From Naegleria gruberi (Eukaryota): a DNA stretch of 64,000 bases. Under the pieces are notes generated by a model, which worked only from the letters and a program-made list of their open reading frames with translations, had not been told where the DNA came from and did no database searches. Each line of letters begins with the position of its first letter. The first letter of the stretch is position 1. Shown piece by piece: positions 1 through 10,515 of the stretch. The stretch is taken from the NCBI GenBank assembly GCA_000004985.1, contig GG738846.1. The stretch is one strand, 5' to 3'. Both the position numbers and the translations under genes were made by a program.

Positions 1-124
1 GAAGCTTCACATTTAAATGCGGAGAAGCTTTTACAACGACAAAAACTCCTTGGGGCTGCAAATAGAATGAACTATTCACAGTCATTTATCTTCACAGTTT
101 ACTTGAATAAAAAGTTATAGAACT

Positions 125-787
125 TTACAATTTGTGATCGTCACCCAAACCACCTTGTTTGCAACAATCAACGAAATAACTAACAGATCCCTTTCCACTT
201 CCAGTATTATAATAGGTCTTCCAGTATTGTGCTTGGTCTTGGAGAGATGTCGGAATTGCTGCTGGAATTGTGAATAAATTCAAACGAGCAGCCAATACAG
301 AATATAAGGCACGTACACATTGTGTCCACTTTACACTTTTCCATTCAATACCCATCTTGTTATCTAATTCTTCGAATTTTTTGGCAAGGAAGGGATGAGA
401 GGATGAATCTTGTGAGTTTTTAAATCCAATATCATCCACTGTTTTGTTTGTTGTTAACAGAGATTCCAATAATGAATCAAGTTCAATATGATCATTAAAA
501 AGTGTAAGTGTGTGATCAACCACAAATTGATGATATGAATACAACTAACCTTGCCAAATACCTCCATAATATCCACTTCTATATGTTCCTGGAGCTTGCC
601 CATAGTTTGATTCACACAAAGCAACTCTCTTCATAAAGAGATGAGTATTGCTATTCAACCAGCCCAAACCATCAAGCTCTCTCAATGCAGCATCAACCAC
701 AGCTTCTCCCATATCTTGTGCACTGATCAAAGCACCGACTATTGACAATAATAACAATGCAACAAGAACAACAAGTATTCCTTTCAT
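125..787 (-). CDS. Secreted lysozyme-like (SLT/goose-type lytic transglycosylase superfamily) protein. Proposed model: exon 787..550, intron 549..439, exon 438..125, giving about 183 aa.
   Basis: N-terminal signal peptide MKGILVVLVALLLLSIVGALISA. Motif LCESNYGQAPGTYRSGYYGGIWQ fits the SLT catalytic ES...GxxGxxQ pattern. The two track ORFs 545..787 and 125..544 are in the same frame, separated by a single TAG at 545-547 that lies inside a GTTAGT donor. The proposed 111-nt intron has no AG before its terminal CAG. The start has the cattttttt (AAAAAAATG) context. Confidence 0.55.
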
Positions 788-921
788 TTTTTTATTAATT
801 GTTGAATAATAATAATTAATACAGGATATTACAGTGAGTGGTCATAATCAATAGCAAGATTATATCTCTTTTAACAATAATATCAACAATTGTTGTCCTC
901 TAGAAAGATGAAAATAAAAAA

Positions 922-3900
922 ATGAAGAAAATTATTGCCAATGGAAATGAAAGAAAATTATTGTTGATACATCAAAAATTTGCATCATCAACACTCCGAA
1001 ATTATTCAAAATCATCATCATCACCATCAGCTATTTTTGAAAAACCAATACAATTATTTAATATTGATAAAAGTAATACTCAACTTGCACATTTATTAAT
1101 TAATGATAAGAATAATTTTGGATATAGTATTAATGTTAAATTAGATAAGAGTCCTATTAATTTTCTAACTTATCATCATTTCAATAATTTAATTGTTGAG
1201 AAATTAAATTCATGTTTTAATTATTCACCTTATATTTATCCGAGTATATTTTCTATTGATACTCATCAAGAGGTACAAACATTTCAATTCACAACAAATA
1301 ATCAAAGACAATACAAACAATTAATAGATATATTTAATAATCAATTATTCTTTCCTAATTGGAATTCTAGATATATTGAGGAATTAGTTCTAAATTCATT
1401 AGAAGGTTTGAATGTGTTGAATCATACAGATGGACAAGCAAGATTTTCTAAATCTCTCATCAGTCATCTCTATGACAACACAATACCAAGCTATGAGGAA
1501 TGTGTGAATATTTTGAAAAATACCAATTCGTACAATTTGAGACAAGATTTCGAGTCAAAATATAATCCTAGTAATTCTCTCTTTATTTCTTATGGAGATA
1601 GTGCAGAGATGGTTGTAAAATCTTTGGAAAGTCTTCCAAAACAAACTAATAGTAGCAGTAGAAATGAATTAATTGTGGAGTCATTGAAAGATACCAGTAC
1701 ATTTGAATTTGTAGAACATGTTCCATTCGAGAATAATCTCCCAGAGAATGCCCAATCAAGAATTGCAATTGCATACAAGCTTGATTGTGATATTACAGTA
1801 AGTATCATTGAAAAACTACTACTAGTTTTCACACAACACCAATTAATTATAGAACCAACATGACTATATTCTCTTATCTATTCTGGCAAGATGTCTCCAA
1901 GATACTTATCCATTCGAGTTGGGTAACTTCTCATTGTCTCCACTCCAAATCAGTGGTATTAATGCTTCACACAATCAATGCTCGTTCATAATTGGTGTTG
2001 AAGGTGTTACTAATAATGATTTACCAATTGTAAAGAACAAGTTATTGAGAATGATGGAGAATATCAATACTAGATCTGCATCTCACTACTTGAATCAAAT
2101 TGAAATGGAATATTCTACACTCTTCAATTCAACATTGCGTATTCATGAAATTTTACTTCACTCTTGGGTTTCTGAGCAGAATATTGGTGATTCCCTCTCC
2201 ACTGGTAGTTCAAACTCTCTCATTCAATTGGCGAATATTAGAAAGGAAATTGATGAATGTGGTGGAATTGAAAGGATACTTTCTCAACTTGTTCAAAAGT
2301 ATTTTTCCACTAATAAGAATTATGTACTTCTCACTCAGACAGGAAACAAGAATGTTCATCTCCCTACCATGTCCAAGATTAGTGTGAATCAAAACTTGAG
2401 TTTTGCCTCTAATATTAATGAGAGCTATGATATTGATACTGATAGCTGTATTTCTGAATCATTTATTAGTAATTCTGTAGAGTCATACTTGAATGGTAGA
2501 TTTTTATTCAATATTCAGGAATCGAATGGAGATCTTATTGATATTTCTCTTGTAAAGTATGACAATGTTTTCGTTACAAAGGATGAAAATAGACTCCACG
2601 ACATTATTTATTATTCATCAATAGCAAAACTCATAACTCAACTTGGAGCTCGTGATGCGTCTAGAGAAGAAATGGATGAATTCAAAGAAAAGTACTTCCC
2701 AAGAGGAATACAAACTAGTGTCAAGATTTTACACGACAAATTTGATCCAAATTCTGTAAAGTGTGGTATTGTGCTGAGAACGCAGGTTATTAGAAAGAAT
2801 TTATACAAGGCACTGGATGTAATGGACGCCATGTTATCTGACTCTGAATTGAAAGATATGCCACCTCATTTATTAAATGATGAGCTTATAAAGCATATCA
2901 TTGATGAGGTAAATCAAGAGATATCAGATCAAATTGATATTATTGGGTTGGCTAGATTTTCCTCAGAATCCAAAACTTCTCCAATATCGGTAAGTAGTAT
3001 TTATATTATATCTATTGCTAAAACAATTAAAGAAATTAGAGGATGTTGCTGGTGGAACAACCCATTTAGCATTTTTGGAAGAAGCCAAATTAAAATCCCT
3101 TAAATCATTTAAGAATTATATTTCTCAATTCTATAGACAATTGACAACACGTTTTGGATATAAATTAATGCTTACTGCAAGTTCGAAACATAGGGACATG
3201 GTTTGTCAAGTTGCAAAAGATTTTATGGAATCCAATTCAGACATGTTACAGGAAGAAATACCAGAAAATAACAAATTTGGAAAGGTAATAGAAGCCTCCA
3301 AAGAAAAGAACAGATACATTACCATTCCACCAAATACTATTTTAGAAGGTTCAAGAATAATATGTAGAGGTGGTAAAAGCGTTCCACTAACTGATGACAA
3401 AGCACCTCATTTCTTCCTACTCGCGCAAATATTTAATGAAAAGCTTTTCAAGAATTCAGAGAGTGATTGCCGAGCTCATCAGTCAATTAATGGTTCATTC
3501 TCAATTATTGGAATTACTCGTGAGGACATCAAAATGTTCCTTTATGATCTTGATGAGCAAGTGAGATCATTTGTTGATTTTGCCATTGATGAGATTTCCA
3601 TTGAAGAATTTAATCGTTTAAAGATGAATGTGATGAGAGAATTGGGAGATTCTGTTACAATACCAGCACACGAGAGAGCTACCAAGCTATTCAATTATGG
3701 AATATCCTATGATGACTATTCAAAGTTCAAATCAACACTCTTAAAGAGTACCATTGAGGAATTAAAATCAGCTGCAAATTCCCAATTTGGTTTCCAACAA
3801 GAACAAGGATTTGTGTTAACTGTGATGGGTACTGAGCTTGATACTCCAGATGAAGTTAAAGTCATGTCAAAGGATAGAAATGGTTCTTGGGAAATTGTTG

Positions 3901-4016
3901 GTAGTTCCAGTACTAAACGAGTTGGGTTGGAAGAATACATGTTGGGCTCTCCAGAAGATGGTGAGGCCAAACAGAAGAGTGAAATAGAAAATCTAGATTC
4001 GAAATGTAGTTTTTAA
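922..4016 (+). CDS. Hypothetical ~996-aa protein, 3 exons: 922..1797, 1853..2989, 3039..4016. Function unknown; it has a mitochondrial-presequence-like N-terminus.
   Basis: Three consecutive same-strand ORFs are joined by a GTAAGT...TATAG intron (1798..1852, 55 nt) and a GTAAGT...TTAG intron (2990..3038, 49 nt), both phase 0. ATG 922 is preceded by an A-run. I see no HxxEH or other diagnostic motif. Confidence 0.5.
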
Positions 4017-4027
4017 TTCTTAGAATA

Positions 4028-7000
4028 TTAATTTCCTAGAGTTTGAACTTTTCTTTGTGAAAACATAGCAAGGGATTGGAAGCAAGGAGGCAAATTTTTG
4101 AATTGTTCCAATAAACTTTCTTTTAAAACTCCATAACTATAATTAAGCTCTTTTTGGGATGAAAAAACAGCAAACTCAATTAAGAATCGTACTGCAAATC
4201 CATTCTTATGTACAAGTTCAATTTTTACAGGGTGTACGCTATGTACATTGAGGTTTTTCAATTGGTCAACATTCACATCACTTTCGTGGGTGGCTTTTGG
4301 AATTGAAATTGGAATGATTATCCAAGTTGCAGAGGATGCAGTTGGTGAAACAGGCTCACCATTCACATAGACTTCACAAAACTCATTTTCAAATGTGAAA
4401 ATTTCCATTCTGTAAGTTGTTCCCTCACCTACACAGAACCATCTTTGCTTAAAATTGAACATTGAGACTCCTATATCATCCTTTATGTAAATCTCCAAGT
4501 ATTGAGATGAAGAATTTACTTGAGAAGAAACAACCTCATAAAACTTGTCCAATGTTTCGAGTCTAGAGCAAACATAACTATCTAGTGATAGAAGAGGTTG
4601 AACAGATCTTTCCTTTGTTTCGAAAAGTTCCTCATCAGTTACATTATTACTGGAATTATTTAGAATTTTACCTAGGTTCCCAGTCAATGCTAATCCAGAG
4701 GACCACCGAATTCTGTCTGAAACACTTTGAATAATAGTGTCGACCTTATCGTTTACAGACTTTTTTGGAGACAAGGTTGCATTTTCAGCTAATAAAGATT
4801 TGATACTGGATTTTAAATGATAGGCAACAAAATCCGTAACAAATGCTTCATAATCTTTGATGATTTTTGGAATTGTGGAAGAATCATCGAGATCCTGTTG
4901 TTCATCCCTTTTGTTTTCGTCCAGACTGATGTCTCTCATAAAAGGAGATCTATTTTGAGCGCTCTTAAATGCTTGTTTTGGATTAAAATAAATTGGGCTA
5001 ACCTCTGGTTGTTCAATTGTATCATCAAGTGAGCTATTATTTCTCTTTTCCTCTTTTTGTGGAGTTTTTACTGTTGCCTTATCGTCACTCCATGAGACTT
5101 TTGGCGTATTGCTTTTAGGAGTAGGAGAGTTTGTTTTCTTTGGCGTACCAATAAGTCTAGAGTTATTGCTTCTTGGAGAAGGAGTCATGTTAGTGAGAGA
5201 AGACGATGATCCTCTTTTTGGAAGTCCTTGATATTCTTTTTCAAAGAGTGAAGAGGTAAATCTGGAAGAAAACTGAATTCCATAAATACTGGAATCATCA
5301 AATAAAATACCAGGTTTGAAAATATGGAACAAATCTTTCTCTTCTACGACAGGAAGAATCATTGATGTCAATTGAATGTCGAACACTTTTTTACTCTCAA
5401 AATCTTCCAATGAGAGCTTGTTTTTGAAAGAAAGTGCCAAATTTCCAGTTGCAATATATTTCCAAGAGGTTTCTTCTTCAGTCTTTGAGGCTACGTACAG
5501 AACAACATCTTTAGATGCACATTTGACATCTTTATGTTCTTGCTCTTCTGCTATTCTCTTAATAGAAATGTCTAATGAATCTCTTTCTTTTTGTTTTTGC
5601 TTAGCAAAAGAGTAGTCTGTATACTGAAGCTTAGATCTTTGAGGATTTCTACCCAAATAAGCTTGTTTCATCTGTTGAACTAATTGCTTTTTCATTGGGG
5701 ATTCTACGTTTGTTAGTAATCTGTTTCCTAGGCGTGTTGCAAAGAATTTTCTTCCCTCAGATAAGGACATGTGTTCGAGCAAGCCTTCTATCTTCTGTCT
5801 GGCAGTTTTGTAGATGTCACTCAGTGAAGTGTCACTAAACTTAGCCAATGCAATTCTTCCCAGGCAGTCCAAAAATTCCACAAAGTTCATTAATCTACCT
5901 TCTTTGGAGACATGATCAGCTGGCTCACTAAAACTTTGGTTAATTTTACAGCAAGAGTCAAACATTTTAGCTAATTGTATCTTGGAGAACCATTTTGGAA
6001 ATATTTCAAAATCTGTACAGAACATGAAGAATTCGTCAACATTGAGAGTACTTAAACCCTTATTATAACTCACCCATTGCATTGTATCCTTGTGAGTTCT
6101 CTTTTTTTGAGTATAAAAAGTGAAGATCTTGTATATTACATCTTGATGTGTTGCCCAAAGACTGGCAACAGAGGGATCTGTCAATTCTGAAGGGGTTGGA
6201 TCGCTTGAGGTTTTTCCTGAATTTGGAAGAACCAATTCGAACAATAACTTTCTGAATAAAACTTTTACGTCTTCATCAAATTTGGACATGTCAGCTATTG
6301 TGTAGACTGGTAGTTTAGTATACTTTTTAACTGACATGAAGGCTAAGCCATTCAAAAAATCATCAAAATTCATTTTGAACGTTGGAGAGAATTTTGTTGC
6401 CTCCTCAAAGACAAGGAAAACGTCGTTAGAATGGAAAGTTTTGTCTGTAATTTTGCAGTCCTTTGCGAACTTGGCAAATTGATTACTTGTCATTTCATTA
6501 ACATCTGAGAAGGTGTGAATAATATTTGTGCAGTAGTAATTGTAAATTTCCAACAAATCCTGTTCATAACAGTAGATCAACTCAAAGTAGGATGGTCTGA
6601 TTGGATTTTCTCCTTTCCAACTCTCTTGAATGTTTGAATTGATTGAGAAATTTTGGGAAGATCCAAGTTTTCTGGAAAATTGCCTGAGGTCCAATACTGA
6701 ATTGTTGCTGTTGTTTTGATTGACGATCTTATCTTCAATTTTAAACACTGAATTTGTACAGGCAGCCAAGTAAATGGATCTGGATGCACAAAGTATTTTT
6801 CTTATTGGCTCAGATGTTTCTCCCAATATTTGAGAAGATTCTTTTGTTTCGTGATTATATTTGTAAACAGTGTTGTGTGTGGCCAGTATCATTTCCCCAT
6901 CAGAATTCATAGCTGCACCGTATAGTTTCTCAGCACTCTCTACAACTGTCCTCACAACACTATAATTTGCAAAGACCTGCCTAATTCTAGAATTTCCAAA

Positions 7001-7782
7001 GTCATTAATGTACAATGTATTTTCATGAGAAAATAAATCGGTAGGGGAATTAAGAATTGAGTTTTGAACTTTTCCATCCATAAATCCTGCTGTTCTTGGG
7101 TTTCCTGCTGCATTGGTCACGAAACCATTATTGATCCTAACAACTCTGTGATTTCCAGTATCCGAAACAAAGACATTATCCCCAATGACACAAATACCAG
7201 TTGGAGTGTCAAACATTACATCAGTTACTCTTCCAGTACTGCACCCTCTGTTTCCATTTCCCGCAAAATTTGTAATTCTTCTTCCATCCAAAGAAATCAT
7301 TTTGATTTTATGCTGTTGGGAATCACAAACAAGAAGAAAATTCTTATAAATTGCCATTCCTTTTGGATTTTGCAGTTGCGCTGAAAAGAAGGTTGTTACT
7401 ACTTTGTCTTTCATATTTACCAATCTAATTTGATGCTGTTCTGAGAGGAGGAATGAAGAATCGCCATGAGTTGTGTCATCTTTTGGAAGCATTACTATTC
7501 CTTGAATATCACTAAACCTCGCATCAGAAAGATCTCCATTCCTTAATCCAGCAAAGGATGGTTTTCCGCAAATGCACAAAGAGGCTGTCCCATCAATGTC
7601 TTTTGAATTGTTGTTCTTTAAAACTTACTGTTTGTTTCTATACCAGCAATTGTTTTTGATTCTACTGAATTTTCTACAGGGCTATCATTGTCAGAGGAGT
7701 AGGAGGCATCCCTCAACACCTTAACATTTGGCGATGAGGGAATGACAAAGTGGGAGGGGCTGCTATCCTCAATAAAGCTCAT
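4028..7782 (-). CDS. NHL-repeat beta-propeller protein with two p25-alpha/TPPP-like helical modules, about 1236 aa. Exons 7782..7629 and 7584..4028, intron 7628..7585.
   Basis: NHL blades (GICVIGDNVFVSDTGNHRVVRI; LYINDFGNSRIRQV). The segment FAKFAKDCKITDKTFHSNDVFLVFEEATKF matches the TPPP/p25alpha core (F.KF.KDCK..D.....DVDIVF.K). The 44-nt GTAAGT...GACAG intron joins an ATG exon (MSFIEDSS...) in phase 1 to the long ORF. Confidence 0.6.
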
Positions 7783-8089
7783 TTTTTTTGAAAGAAAATT
7801 TAAAATGTAACGTTCTATTGTTACAGCATTTTGGCGGTTGAGTAGAAAATTGTTTGATTTTCAATTCAGTGTCAATTTTGATGTATTACAGGAACAATAC
7901 TCTGAATACTTAAGAAATCTTGTCATAATCTCATTATCCGTGTATATTTTAAATAATAAATAATAATAACACTCTGAATACTGAAGATATCTTCTCATTA
8001 TCATAATAAAGTATCCATGTTTCCTCTTCATGTATTTAGAAGATATCGAAGACATACGTGTTTTGTTAATAATAAATCAGATTCAAAAA

Positions 8090-8464
8090 ATGACTGAACA
8101 AACATCAACAACGTCATCGGAGATATCCTCAGAACAAAAACCAACCAATAATGAAACCAATAATGAGCAAGTTGTTAAATTGTCAACAACAGAATCTATT
8201 CCTACCAATACTGATCCATTGGCAAACATGCCAGAATTTTTAAAGAGGGGAACTATCGGAATGATTCTAACACCTGGTTCCTCTTTGTCTCCAAAGTTTA
8301 TTAGGATTTTATTTGTTTCCTTTATTGCATTGATTGCTTGTTTGGCCTTCATGTACTACGTTCCCGGAATTGAAAAATATCACTCTATTGTCATGTTTAT
8401 TATCACTGTTGCCCTGTCAGCGACTTTATTCATGTATGTTGTTTTAAAACTATGTACTAAATAA
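8090..8464 (+). CDS. Small membrane protein, 124 aa, with two predicted C-terminal TM helices.
   Basis: ATG 8090 in an AAAAAAATG context lies inside track ORF 8030..8464. The Ser/Thr/Glu-rich N-terminus is followed by hydrophobic helices ILFVSFIALIACLAF and IVMFIITVALSATLFMYVVL. Confidence 0.45.
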   Translation: MTEQTSTTSSEISSEQKPTNNETNNEQVVKLSTTESIPTNTDPLANMPEFLKRGTIGMILTPGSSLSPKFIRILFVSFIALIACLAFMYYVPGIEKYHSIVMFIITVALSATLFMYVVLKLCTK

Positions 8465-9024
8465 CCCGACAAGTGTCATTCCAACACTGAGACAAATGAA
8501 AGAGGAGGATAAGCAAGAGCTTAGAAAAAAATTAATTCTGAGGAAGAAGAGAAAAATTTTGGAAGAAAGAGAAAGAAAACAAAAAGAACTAGAAGAAAAA
8601 CAAGCTGAAGAGACAAAACAGAATGAAAATATTGAGGAAAGTGAAAATTCATCTGGAAAGGAAAAAACTGAATAAATTAATATCAATTTAATTAATTGAA
8701 GGTGCTTAGGTTGATTATTTACAAAATTAGAAATAATGTGAAGCTATGCCATTAATCTAAAATATACGTTGTTATTTCCTAATTTCAATAATTTCAAGGA
8801 AATGCTTTTTAAAACTCTTTTGACCTTTTGAGGTGATGACTTTGTAAGATAAATCCATTCTTTCCAAAGGGTAATCAGGTCTAATATTTCCTTAGAATTG
8901 GAGATTTACTTCCTTCCTCCTCCTCATCCTCCTCTTTTAACTCTTCAGTGAGAAAGGTTGATAATTGCATTTGAAAACTCGTATTTGGCTTTGTTATTTA
9001 ATATGATACAAGAGAGAAATTAGT

Positions 9025-10315
9025 TTAACTTACTTGTGAATAAGTGTGGAGTTCTTTTACATGGGTAAATGCCTTTGAGAAATCTAGGTTGAGTTCTTTC
9101 ATAACATATCCAATTACTATTGATACACTCCTTGATTGACCAGCTAGACAATGAACAAGAATAGGCACATTCTTTTCCTTTCTTGCCCTATCAATAAAAG
9201 GAAAACATTGGTCAAATATTGAGACTATATCTTGTTTGTTGTCATCTGTTACTTGTAAATTGAGAATCTCATCAAAGAACTCAGAATATTGCTTTCCTCT
9301 AAATCCACTTTCCTCTGCAACATCAAAACATGACACATTGAGTACATATTTAACTTTGAGTACATCCACTAATAATCTTACGTTTTTGGCCGCTTGCATA
9401 GATCCTAAATAAAGATTGGGCATAATTTCTGTGGGCTATATAGAAACATTTTGGAATAATTATAGTTTCAAAATTGAAGAAACCTACAATAGTGTTCTTA
9501 ATATCGCATAATATGGTGTGATTGATTGTTACAAATTTGCTAGCACTAGATTTGGATTTACATTCTGTGTGATATTCTGCATCGCTCAGGGCATCATCTG
9601 CCTCGTACATGAATTCATGTGGAAGAGAGGAAATGTAGTTGAATCTAATGTCGAAAATAGTTCCTCTTTTTTGGAGAAGCATGATGAGTTCAATAGATGG
9701 GAATTCTGTAAGGAAATTCCATGATAAATTAATCTTTTTCAAAGTTTTTGGAAACACCTGTTCTAATATATTGACCTTCTCCGGTTGTTGAAGAAAGTCG
9801 AAATGAATTATTTTGGTAATTTTGTTGTTGGAAAAATCAATTTCTTTGATAACTGGCAAGTTTTTGAAATAGAATAATAAATCTACACTCTCCAAGCAAC
9901 CATTTGAGAAATCAAGAATACGTAATTTTGACAAAGATGATTTCACAAATGGCTCGGAAAAAGGATCTAGTTTGATTGATTCACAGAACAACACATGAAG
10001 TTCCTGGATTGACTTGCCAGAATATGACTTTTCAATATTTTGAATATCATCAATACTATTTTCCTTTGTATTTTCCTTTATAGTCTCCATGTTTTCACTA
10101 TCATTTTCATCTTCTGCAAAATAATCTAGACTAGAAAGTGGAATAGCAGAAACCGGTCCAAACTTTCCTTCGCCTTCAACATCATCATCACTTGGATAGG
10201 GATCTTGTCCGAGACTACTTGTTGAAATATTCAACACAAATTGCTTGTTCTTGTTTCCCCTCTTTTTCTTTTCTGTCTTGTTGGGTGGGGAGTTGGGAAT
10301 ATCCTTTCTTTTCAT
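9025..10315 (-). CDS. Leucine-rich-repeat + dual-specificity phosphatase (MPL1-like MAP-kinase phosphatase), about 412 aa. Exons 10315..9488 and 9435..9025, intron 9487..9436.
   Basis: LRRs (LSWNFLTEFPSIELIML..., IDFSNNKITKIIHFDF). The DSP catalytic loop VHCLAGQSRS is present. The 52-nt GTAGGT...TATATAG intron restores a canonical DSP domain start: PTEIMPNLYLGS...YVLNVS. Confidence 0.7.
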
Positions 10316-10474
10316 TTTTTGATGATCTTTTCCGTTTAATAATTCTGTGATGAAGAGGAAAATGTAAACCAGATATTAAATTAAATTATTAGTATTTTAA
10401 TATTTAAATATTCCAACCTCAAGTATAAGTAAATTAACTAAAATGATTTGAAGATATTATTTGATGACTTGAAT

Positions 10475-10486
10475 TTCCCGCCAATA
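10475..10486. promoter_or_regulatory. E2F-like element TTTCCCGCCAAT in the 200-bp bidirectional spacer between the LRR-DUSP and AK9 genes.
   Basis: A GC-rich motif in an otherwise AT-rich spacer (under 25% GC). It lies about 30 bp upstream of the AK9 ATG. Confidence 0.5.
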
Positions 10487-10515
10487 TTATTTACATTTAT
10501 TCAAGTCTAAAAAAA

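Noticed and set aside
3421-3432. TCGCGCAAA-like E2F half-sites inside coding sequence (e.g. 3424 in the 996-aa gene, about 32335 in the FHA gene).
   Set aside because: They are isolated CGCGC cores without the GGCGCC/CCAA palindrome. They are embedded in codons and are not counted as regulatory sites.
7830-7837. TTTGGCGG in the divergent spacer between the NHL/p25-alpha gene and the small membrane protein gene, as another E2F-like site.
   Set aside because: It matches only 7 of 8 positions and lacks the palindromic CCAA arm. It is plausible but too weak to call from sequence alone.
8450-8686. A 78-aa minus-strand ORF, and a 59-aa K/E-rich plus-strand ORF (about 8503..8682), downstream of the small membrane protein gene.
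   Set aside because: Both lie in a purine-rich stretch (GAAGAAGAGAAA...) between two convergent genes. They have extreme compositional bias, no A-run start on the minus ORF, and no domain. This is most likely 3'UTR. The plus-strand ORF has an ATG but is below a meaningful length. It is kept only as a note.
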